A stretch of 64,000 bases of DNA from the human T2T-CHM13v2.0 reference genome, Homo sapiens, in the NCBI RefSeq assembly GCF_009914755.1, contig NC_060937.1; one strand, 5' to 3'. Below the pieces are notes generated by a model. The model ran no database searches and had not been told where the DNA came from. It saw only the letters and a program-made list of their open reading frames with translations. Positions 1 through 10,900 of the stretch are shown here, piece by piece. The position numbers and the translations under genes are program-made. Position 1 is the stretch's first letter. Each line of letters opens with the position of its first letter.

Positions 1-243
1 CTCTTTTAGTTGAGTACACACATCACAAACAAGTTTCTGAGAATGCTTCTGTCTGGCTTTTATTGGAAGACGTTTCCTTTTCACCAAAGGCATCAAAGCG
101 CTCCAAATGTCCACTTCCAGATTCTTCCAAAAGAGTGTTTGAAACGTGCTCAAAGTAAGGGAATGTTCAACTCTGTGACTTGAATGCAGATATCACCAAG
201 TAGTTTCTAATAGTGCTTCTGTCTAGATTTTAGATGATGATAT

Positions 244-260
244 TCCCGTTTCCAACGAAA
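244..260 (-). other. CENP-B box (representative; about 165 in the window: 5 per 11-mer, 3 per 7-mer, 4 in the 9-mer, 1 in the partial unit)
   Basis: tcccgtttccaacgaaa is the reverse complement of the consensus YTTCGTTGGAARCGGGA. The total is extrapolated from unit counts. Confidence 0.97.
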
Positions 261-414
261 TCGTTAGAGCTATCCAAATATCCACTTACAGTTTCTACAA
301 AAAGAGTGTTTCCAAACTGCTGCATCAAAAGAAAGGTTCAACTCTGTTAGTTGAGGACACACATCACAAAGAAGTTTGTGAGAATGCTTCTGTCTAGATT
401 TTGTATGACCATAT

Positions 415-431
415 TCCCTTTTCCAGCGATA
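415..431 (-). other. Degenerate CENP-B box (one per HOR, predicted non-binding)
   Basis: tcccttttccagcgata in 11-mers and tcccttttccaacgata in 7-mers. Two of the nine essential bases of nTTCGnnnnAnnCGGGn are changed. Confidence 0.85.
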
Positions 432-752
432 TCATTAAAGCAATCTAAATATCCATTTGCAGAATCCACAAAAATAGAGTTTCAAAGCTGCTCTGTAAAA
501 AGAAAGGTTCCACTCTGTTAGCTGAGTACACACATCACAAACTTGTTTCTGAGAATCCTTCTGTCTCGTTTTTATGGGAAGATATTTACTTTTTCACCGT
601 AGGCATCAAAGCGCTCCAAATGTCCACATCCAGATACTCCAGAAAGAGTGTTTCAAACCTGCTCTATGAAAGGGAATCTTCAACTCTATGAGTTGAATGC
701 AGACATCAGAAAGAAATTTCTGAGAATGCTGCTGTCTACCTTTTATTTGAAC

Positions 753-769
753 TCCCGCTTCCAACGAAA
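753..769 (-). other. CENP-B box
   Basis: tcccgcttccaacgaaa. Confidence 0.97.
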
Positions 770-1094
770 TCCTCCAAGCTATCCAAATATCCACCTGCAT
801 TTTCCACAAAAAGAGCGTTTCAAAACTGCTCTATCAATAGAAATGTTCAACTCCTTTGGCTGGGTACACACATCACAAACAAGTTTCTGAGAATGCTTCT
901 GTCTAGTTTTTATGGGAAGACATTCCCTTTTTCACCAAAGGCATCAAAGCGCTCCAAATGTCCACTTCCAGACACTACAAAAAGAGTGTTTCCAACGTGC
1001 TCTAAGAAAGCGAATGTTCAACTCTGTGACTTGAATGCAGATATCACAAAGTAGTTTCTGAGAGGGCTTCTGTCTAGATTTTAGATGATGATAT

Positions 1095-1111
1095 TCCCGT
1101 TTCCAACGAAA
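1095..1111 (-). other. CENP-B box (in the 11-mer-specific block)
   Basis: tcccgtttccaacgaaa. Confidence 0.97.
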
Positions 1112-1432
1112 TCATTAGAGCTATCCAAATATCCACTTACAGTTTCTACAAAAAGAGTGTTTCCAAACTGCTGCATCAAAAGAGAGGTTCCACTCTGTTA
1201 GCTGAGTACACACATCACAAACTTGTTTCTCAGAATCCTTCTGTCTCGTTTTTATGGGAAGATATTTACTTTTTCACCGTAGGCATCAAAGCGCTCCAAA
1301 TGTCCACATCCAGATACTCCAGAAAGAGTGTTTCAAACCTGCTCTATGAAAGGGAATCTTCAACTCTATGAGTTGAATGCAGACATCAGAAAGAAATTTC
1401 TGAGAATGCTGCTGTCTACCTTTTATTTGAAT

Positions 1433-1449
1433 TCCCGCTTCCAACGAAA
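1433..1449 (-). other. CENP-B box
   Basis: tcccgcttccaacgaaa, overlapping the EcoRI site at 1429-1434. Confidence 0.97.
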
Positions 1450-1605
1450 TCCTCCAAGCTATCCAAATATCCACTTGCAGATTCCACAAAAAGAGTGTTT
1501 CAAAACTGCTCTCTATCAATGGCAAAGTTCAACTCTGTTAGTTGAGGACACATATCACCAACAAGTTTCTGAGAATGCTTCTGTCTATTTTTTATGGGAA
1601 GATAT

Positions 1606-1622
1606 TTCCTTTTTCACCGTAG
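1606..1622 (-). other. pJalpha box of an A-type monomer (representative)
   Basis: ttcctttttcaccgtag is the reverse complement of CTACGGTGAAAAAGGAA, at the position equivalent to the CENP-B box. Confidence 0.85.
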
Positions 1623-1772
1623 GCGTCAAGGCGATCGAAATGTCCACTTCCACAAACTACAAAAAGAGTGTTTCAAACCTGCTCTATGAAAGGCCATGTT
1701 CATCTCTATGAGTCGAATGGAAATATCCGAAAGAAATTTCTGGGAATGCTGCTGTCTAGTTTTTATACGAAT

Positions 1773-1789
1773 TCCCGCTTCCAACGAAA
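1773..1789 (-). other. CENP-B box
   Basis: tcccgcttccaacgaaa, overlapping the EcoRI site at 1769-1774. Confidence 0.97.
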
Positions 1790-3738
1790 TCCTCAAAGCA
1801 ATCCAAATATCCACTTGCAGAATCCACAAAAAGAGTGTTTCAAAACTGCTCTATCAATAGAAAGGTTCAACTCTTTTAGTTGAGTACACACATCACAAAC
1901 AAGTTTCTGAGAATGCTTCTGTCTGGCTTTTATTGGAAGACGTTTCCTTTTCACCAAAGGCATCAAAGCGCTCCAAATGTCCACTTCCAGATTCTTCCAA
2001 AAGAGTGTTTGAAACGTGCTCAAAGTAAGGGAATGTTCAACTCTGTGACTTGAATGCAGATATCACCAAGTAGTTTCTAATAGTGCTTCTGTCTAGATTT
2101 TAGATGATGATATTCCCGTTTCCAACGAAATCGTTAGAGCTATCCAAATATCCACTTACAGTTTCTACAAAAAGAGTGTTTCCAAACTGCTGCATCAAAA
2201 GAAAGGTTCAACTCTGTTAGTTGAGGACACACATCACAAAGAAGTTTGTGAGAATGCTTCTGTCTAGATTTTGTATGACCATATTCCCTTTTCCAGCGAT
2301 ATCATTAAAGCAATCTAAATATCCATTTGCAGAATCCACAAAAATAGAGTTTCAAAGCTGCTCTGTAAAAAGAAAGGTTCCACTCTGTTAGCTGAGTACA
2401 CACATCACAAACTTGTTTCTGAGAATCCTTCTGTCTCGTTTTTATGGGAAGATATTTACTTTTTCACCGTAGGCATCAAAGCGCTCCAAATGTCCACATC
2501 CAGATACTCCAGAAAGAGTGTTTCAAATCTGCTCTATGAAAGGGAATCTTCAACTCTATGAGTTGAATGCAGACATCAGAAAGAAATTTCTGAGAATGCT
2601 GCTGTCTACCTTTTATTTGAACTCCCGCTTCCAACGAAATCCTCCAAGCTATCCAAATATCCACTTGCATTTTCCACAAAAAGAGTGCTTCAAAACTGCT
2701 CTATCAATAAATGTTCAACTCCTTTAGCTGGGTGCACACATCACAAACAAGTTTCTGAGAATGCTTCTGTCTAGTTTTTATGGGAAGACATTCCCTTTTT
2801 CACCAAAGGCATCAAAGCGCTCCAAATGTCCACTTCCAGACACTACAAAAAGAGTGTTTCCAACGTGCTCTAAGAAAGCGAATGTTCAACTCTGTGACTT
2901 GAATGCAGATATCACAAAGTAGTTTCTGAGAGGGCTTCTGTCTAGATTTTAGATGATGATATTCCCGTTTCCAACGAAATCATTAGAGCTATCCAAATAT
3001 CCACTTACAGTTTCTACAAAAAGAGTGTTTCCAAACTGCTGCATCAAAAGAGAGGTTCCACTCTGTTAGCTGAGTACACACATCACAAACTTGTTTCTGA
3101 GAATCCTTCTGTGTCGTTTTTATGGGAAGATATTTACTTTTTCACCGTAGGCATCAAAGCGCTCCAAATGTCCACATCCAGATACTCCAGAAAGAGTGTT
3201 TCAAACCTGCTCTATGAAAGGGAATCTTCAACTCTATGAGTTGAATGCAGACATCAGAAAGAAATTTCTGAGAATGCTGCTGTCTACCTTTTATTTGAAT
3301 TCCCGCTTCCAACGAAATCCTCCAAGCTATCCAAATATCCACTTGCAGATTCCACAAAAAGAGTGTTTCAAAACTGCTCTCTATCAATGGCAAAGTTCAA
3401 CTCTGTTAGTTGAGGACACATATCACCAACAAGTTTCTGAGAATGCTTCTGTCTATTTTTTATGGGAAGATATTTCCTTTTTCACCGTAGGCGTCAAGGC
3501 GATCGAAATGTCCACTTCCACAAACTACAAAAAGAGTGTTTCAAACCTGCTCTATGAAAGGCCATGTTCATCTCTATGAGTCGAATGGAAATATCCGAAA
3601 GAAATTTCTGGGAATGCTGCTGTCTAGTTTTTATACGAATTCCCGCTTCCAACGAAATCCTCAAAGCAATCCAAATATCCACTTGCAGAATCCACAAAAA
3701 GAGTGTTTCAAAACTGCTCTATCAATAGAAAGGTTCAA

Positions 3739-4928
3739 CTCTTTTAGTTGAGTACACACATCACAAACAAGTTTCTGAGAATGCTTCTGTCTGGCTTTTA
3801 TTGGAAGACGTTTCCTTTTCACCAAAGGCATCAAAGCGCTCCAAATGTCCACTTCCAGATTCTTCCAAAAGAGTGTTTGAAACGTGCTCAAAGTAAGGGA
3901 ATGTTCAACTCTGTGACTTGAATGCAGATATCACCAACTAGTTTCTAATAGTGCTTCTGTCTAGATTTTAGATGATGATATTCCCGTTTCCAACGAAATC
4001 GTTAGAGCTATCCAAATATCCACTTACAGTTGCTACAAAAACAGTGTTTCCAAACTGCTGCATCAAAAGAAAGGTTCAACTCTGTTAGTTGAGGACACAC
4101 GTCACAAAGAAGTTTGTGAGAATGCTTCTGTCTAGATTTTGTATGACGATATTCCCTTTTCCAACGATATCGTTAAAGCAATCTAAATATCCATTTGCAG
4201 AATCCACAAAAATAGAGTTTCAAAGCTGCTCTGTAAAAAGAAAGGTTCCACTCTGTTAGCTGAGTACACACATCACAAACTTGTTTCTCAGAATCCTTCT
4301 GTCTCGTTTTTATGGGAAGATATTTACTTTTTCACCGTAGGCATCAAAGCGCTCCAAATGTCCACATCCAGATACTCCAGAAAGAGTGTTTCAAACCTGC
4401 TCTATGAAAGGGAATCTTCAACTCTATGAGTTGAATGCAGACATCAGAAAGAAATTTCTGAGAATGCTGCTGTCTACCTTTTATTTGAATTCCCGCTTCC
4501 AACGAAATCCTCCAAGCTATCCAAATATCCACTTGCAGATTCCACAAAAAGAGTGTTTCAAAACTGCTCTCTATCAATGGCAAAGTTCAACTCTGTTAGT
4601 TGAGGACACATATCACCAACAAGTTTCTGAGAATGCTTCTGTCTATTTTTTATGGGAAGATATTTCCTTCTTCACCGTAGGCGTCAAGGCGATCGAAATG
4701 TCCACTTCCACAAACTACAAAAAGAGTGTTTCAAACCTGCTCTATGAAAGGCCATGTTCATCTCTATGAGTCGAATGGAAATATCCGAAAGAAATTTCTG
4801 GGAATGCTGCTGTCTAGTTTTTATACGAATTCCCGCTTCCAACGAAATCCTCAAAGCAATCCAAATATCCACTTGCAGAATCCACAAAAAGAGTGTTTCA
4901 AAACTGCTCTATCAATAGAAAGGTTCAA
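3739..4928 (-). repeat. Representative 7-monomer HOR unit (1190 bp = 11-mer minus 680 bp)
   Basis: Lacks the 4-monomer block containing 'ctaagaaagcgaatg' and 'gagagggcttc'. Has three intact CENP-B boxes. Confidence 0.96.
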
Positions 4929-7900
4929 CTCTTTTAGTTGAGTACACACATCACAAACAAGTTTCTGAGAATGCTTCTGTCTGGCTTTTATTGGAAGACG
5001 TTTCCTTTTCACCAAAGGCATCAAAGCGCTCCAAATGTCCACTTCCAGATTCTTCCAAAAGAGTGTTTGAAACGTGCTCAAAGTAAGGGAATGTTCAACT
5101 CTGTGACTTGAATGCAGATATCACCAAGTAGTTTCTAATAGTGCTTCTGTCTAGATTTTAGATGATGATATTCCCGTTTCCAACGAAATCGTTAGAGCTA
5201 TCCAAATATCCACTTACAGTTTCTACAAAAAGAGTGTTTCCAAACTGCTGCATCAAAAGAAAGGTTCAACTCTGTTAGTTGAGGACACACATCACAAAGA
5301 AGTTTGTGAGAATGCTTCTGTCTAGATTTTGTATGACCATATTCCCTTTTCCAGCGATATCATTAAAGCAATCTAAATATCCATTTGCAGAATCCACAAA
5401 AATAGAGTTTCAAAGCTGCTCTGTAAAAAGAAAGGTTCCACTCTGTTAGCTGAGTACACACATCACAAACTTGTTTCTCAGAATCCTTCTGTCTCGTTTT
5501 TCTGGGAAGATATTTACTTTTTCACCGTAGGCATCAAAGCGCTCCAAATGTCCACATCCAGATACTCCAGAAAGAGTGTTTCAAACCTGCTCTATGAAAG
5601 GGAATCTTCAACTCTATGAGTTGAATGCAGACATCAGAAAGAAATTTCTGAGAATGCTGCTGTCTACCTTTTATTTGAATTCCCGCTTCCAACGAAATCC
5701 TCCAAGCTATCCAAATATCCACCTGCATTTTCCACAAAAAGAGCGTTTCAAAACTGCTCTATCAATAGAAATGTTCAACTCCTTTGGCTGGGTACACACA
5801 TCACAAACAAGTTTCTGAGAATGCTTCTGTCTAGTTTTTATGGGAAGACATTCCCTTTTTCACCAAAGGCATCAAAGCGCTCCAAATGTCCACTTCCAGA
5901 CACTACAAAAAGAGTGTTTCCAACGTGCTCTAAGAAAGCGAATGTTCAACTCTGTGACTTGAATGCAGATATCACAAAGTAGTTTCTGAGAGGGCTTCTG
6001 TCTAGATTTTAGATGATGATATTCCCGTTTCCAACGAAATCATTAGAGCTATCCAAATATCCACTTACAGTTTCTACAAAAAGAGTGTTTCCAAACTGCT
6101 GCATCAAAAGAGAGGTTCCACTCTGTTAGCTGAGTACACACATCACAAACTTGTTTCTCAGAATCCTTCTGTCTCGTTTTTCTGGGAAGATATTTACTTT
6201 TTCACCGTAGGCATCAAAGCGCTCCAAATGTCCACATCCAGATACTCCAGAAAGAGTGTTTCAAACCTGCTCTATGAAAGGGAATCTTCAACTCTATGAG
6301 TTGAATGCAGACATCAGAAAGAAATTTCTGAGAATGCTGCTGTCTACCTTTTATTTGAATTCCCGCTTCCAACGAAATCCTCCAAGCTATCCAAATATCC
6401 ACTTGCAGATTCCACAAAAAGAGTGTTTCAAAACTGCTCTCTATCAATGGCAAAGTTCAACTCTGTTAGTTGAGGACACATATCACCAACAAGTTTCTGA
6501 GAATGCTTCTGTCTATTTTTTATGGGAAGATATTTCCTTTTTCACCGTAGGCGTCAAGGCGATCGAAATGTCCACTTCCACAAACTACAAAAAGAGTGTT
6601 TCAAACCTGCTCTATGAAAGGCCATGTTCATCTCTATGAGTCGAATGGAAATATCCGAAAGAAATTTCTGGGAATGCTGCTGTCTAGTTTTTATACGAAT
6701 TCCCGCTTCCAACGAAATCCTCAAAGCAATCCAAATATCCACTTGCAGAATCCACAAAAAGAGTGTTTCAAAACTGCTCTATCAATAGAAAGGTTCAACT
6801 CTTTTAGTTGAGTACACACATCACAAACAAGTTTCTGAGAATGCTTCTGTCTGGCTTTTATTGGAAGACGTTTCCTTTTCACCAAAGGCATCAAAGCGCT
6901 CCAAATGTCCACTTCCAGATTCTTCCAAAAGAGTGTTTGAAACGTGCTCAAAGTAAGGGAATGTTCAACTCTGTGACTTGAATGCAGATATCACCAAGTA
7001 GTTTCTAATAGTGCTTCTGTCTAGATTTTAGATGATGATATTCCCGTTTCCAACGAAATCGTTAGAGCTATCCAAATATCCACTTACAGTTGCTACAAAA
7101 AGAGTGTTTCCAAACTGCTGCATCAAAAGAAAGGTTCAACTCTGTTAGTTGAGGACACACGTCACAAAGAAGTTTGTGAGAATGCTTCTGTCTAGATTTT
7201 GTATGACCATATTCCCTTTTCCAGCGATATCATTAAAGCAATCTAAATATCCATTTGCAGAATCCACAAAAATAGAGTTTCAAAGCTGCTCTGTAAAAAG
7301 AAAGGTTCCACTCTGTTAGCTGAGTACACACATCACAAACTTGTTTCTCAGAATCCTTCTGTCTCGTTTTTCTGGGAAGATATTTACTTTTTCACCGTAG
7401 GCATCAAAGCGCTCCAAATGTCCACATCCAGATACTCCAGAAAGAGTGTTTCAAACCTGCTCTATGAAAGGGAATCTTCAACTCTATGAGTTGAATGCAG
7501 ACATCAGAAAGAAATTTCTGAGAATGCTGCTGTCTACCTTTTATTTGAATTCCCGCTTCCAACGAAATCCTCCAAGCTATCCAAATATCCACCTGCATTT
7601 TCCACAAAAAGAGCGTTTCAAAACTGCTCTATCAATAGAAATGTTCAACTCCTTTGGCTGGGTACACACATCACAAACAAGTTTCTGAGAATGCTTCTGT
7701 CTAGTTTTTATGGGAAGACATTCCCTTTTTCACCAAAGGCATCAAAGCGCTCCAAATGTCCACTTCCAGACACTACAAAAAGAGTGTTTCCAACGTGCTC
7801 TAAGAAAGCGAATGTTCAACTCTGTGACTTGAATGCAGATATCACAAAGTAGTTTCTGAGAGGGCTTCTGTCTAGATTTTAGATGATGATATTCCCGTTT

Positions 7901-10900
7901 CCAACGAAATCATTAGAGCTATCCAAATATCCACTTACAGTTTCTACAAAAAGAGTGTTTCCAAACTGCTGCATCAAAAGAGAGGTTCCACTCTGTTAGC
8001 TGAGTACACACATCACAAACTTGTTTCTCAGAATCCTTCTGTCTCGTTTTTCTGGGAAGATATTTACTTTTTCACCGTAGGCATCAAAGCGCTCCAAATG
8101 TCCACATCCAGATACTCCAGAAAGAGTGTTTCAAACCTGCTCTATGAAAGGGAATCTTCAACTCTATGAGTTGAATGCAGACATCAGAAAGAAATTTCTG
8201 AGAATGCTGCTGTCTACCTTTTATTTGAATTCCCGCTTCCAACGAAATCCTCCAAGCTATCCAAATATCCACTTGCAGATTCCACAAAAAGAGTGTTTCA
8301 AAACTGCTCTCTATCAATGGCAAAGTTCAACTCTGTTAGTTGAGGACACATATCACCAACAAGTTTCTGAGAATGCTTCTGTCTATTTTTTATGGGAAGA
8401 TATTTCCTTTTTCACCGTAGGCGTCAAGGCGATCGAAATGTCCACTTCCACAAACTACAAAAAGAGTGTTTCAAACCTGCTCTATGAAAGGCCATGTTCA
8501 TCTCTATGAGTCGAATGGAAATATCCGAAAGAAATTTCTGGGAATGCTGCTGTCTAGTTTTTATACGAATTCCCGCTTCCAACGAAATCCTCAAAGCAAT
8601 CCAAATATCCACTTGCAGAATCCACAAAAAGAGTGTTTCAAAACTGCTCTATCAATAGAAAGGTTCAACTCTTTTAGTTGAGTACACACATCACAAACAA
8701 GTTTCTGAGAATGCTTCTGTCTGGCTTTTATTGGAAGACGTTTCCTTTTCACCAAAGGCATCAAAGCGCTCCAAATGTCCACTTCCAGATTCTTCCAAAA
8801 GAGTGTTTGAAACGTGCTCAAAGTAAGGGAATGTTCAACTCTGTGACTTGAATGCAGATATCACCAAGTAGTTTCTAATAGTGCTTCTGTCTAGATTTTA
8901 GATGATGATATTCCCGTTTCCAACGAAATCGTTAGAGCTATCCAAATATCCACTTACAGTTTCTACAAAAAGAGTGTTTCCAAACTGCTGCATCAAAAGA
9001 AAGGTTCAACTCTGTTAGTTGAGGACACACATCACAAAGAAGTTTGTGAGAATGCTTCTGTCTAGATTTTGTATGACCATATTCCCTTTTCCAGCGATAT
9101 CATTAAAGCAATCTAAATATCCATTTGCAGAATCCACAAAAATAGAGTTTCAAAGCTGCTCTGTAAAAAGAAAGGTTCCACTCTGTTAGCTGAGTACACA
9201 CATCACAAACTTGTTTCTGAGAATCCTTCTGTCTCGTTTTTATGGGAAGATATTTACTTTTTCACCGTAGGCATCAAAGCGCTCCAAATGTCCACATCCA
9301 GATACTCCAGAAAGAGTGTTTCAAACCTGCTCTATGAAAGGGAATCTTCAACTCTATGAGTTGAATGCAGACATCAGAAAGAAATTTCTGAGAATGCTGC
9401 TGTCTACCTTTTATTTGAACTCCCGCTTCCAACGAAATCCTCCAAGCTATCCAAATATCCACCTGCATTTTCCACAAAAAGAGCGTTTCAAAACTGCTCT
9501 ATCAATAGAAATGTTCAACTCCTTTGGCTGGGTACACACATCACAAACAAGTTTCTGAGAATGCTTCTGTCTAGTTTTTATGGGAAGACATTCCCTTTTT
9601 CACCAAAGGCATCAAAGCGCTCCAAATGTCCACTTCCAGACACTACAAAAAGAGTGTTTCCAACGTGCTCTAAGAAAGCGAATGTTCAACTCTGTGACTT
9701 GAATGCAGATATCACAAAGTAGTTTCTGAGAGGGCTTCTGTCTAGATTTTAGATGATGATATTCCCGTTTCCAACGAAATCATTAGAGCTATCCAAATAT
9801 CCACTTACAGTTTCTACAAAAAGAGTGTTTCCAAACTGCTGCATCAAAAGAGAGGTTCCACTCTGTTAGCTGAGTACACACATCACAAACTTGTTTCTCA
9901 GAATCCTTCTGTCTCGTTTTTCTGGGAAGATATTTACTTTTTCACCGTAGGCATCAAAGCGCTCCAAATGTCCACATCCAGATACTCCAGAAAGAGTGTT
10001 TCAAACCTGCTCTATGAAAGGGAATCTTCAACTCTATGAGTTGAATGCAGACATCAGAAAGAAATTTCTGAGAATGCTGCTGTCTACCTTTTATTTGAAT
10101 TCCCGCTTCCAACGAAATCCTCCAAGCTATCCAAATATCCACTTGCAGATTCCACAAAAAGAGTGTTTCAAAACTGCTCTCTATCAATGGCAAAGTTCAA
10201 CTCTGTTAGTTGAGGACACATATCACCAACAAGTTTCTGAGAATGCTTCTGTCTATTTTTTATGGGAAGATATTTCCTTTTTCACCGTAGGCGTCAAGGC
10301 GATCGAAATGTCCACTTCCACAAACTACAAAAAGAGTGTTTCAAACCTGCTCTATGAAAGGCCATGTTCATCTCTATGAGTCGAATGGAAATATCCGAAA
10401 GAAATTTCTGGGAATGCTGCTGTCTAGTTTTTATACGAATTCCCGCTTCCAACGAAATCCTCAAAGCAATCCAAATATCCACTTGCAGAATCCACAAAAA
10501 GAGTGTTTCAAAACTGCTCTATCAATAGAAAGGTTCAACTCTTTTAGTTGAGTACACACATCACAAACAAGTTTCTGAGAATGCTTCTGTCTGGCTTTTA
10601 TTGGAAGACGTTTCCTTTTCACCAAAGGCATCAAAGCGCTCCAAATGTCCACTTCCAGATTCTTCCAAAAGAGTGTTTGAAACGTGCTCAAAGTAAGGGA
10701 ATGTTCAACTCTGTGACTTGAATGCAGATATCACCAAGTAGTTTCTAATAGTGCTTCTGTCTAGATTTTAGATGATGATATTCCCGTTTCCAACGAAATC
10801 GTTAGAGCTATCCAAATATCCACTTACAGTTTCTACAAAAAGAGTGTTTCCAAACTGCTGCATCAAAAGAAAGGTTCAACTCTGTTAGTTGAGGACACAC

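Larger units (their letters stand above)
1..1870 (-). repeat. Representative 11-monomer HOR unit (1870 bp)
   Basis: The sequence at 1 recurs at 1871. The unit has five intact CENP-B boxes (244, 753, 1095, 1433, 1773) and one degenerate box (415). Confidence 0.96.

Noticed and set aside
3113-3938. Isolated singleton SNPs (3113 C>G, 3938 G>C)
   Set aside because: Single occurrences outside known motifs. They cannot be distinguished from ordinary mutation or consensus error.
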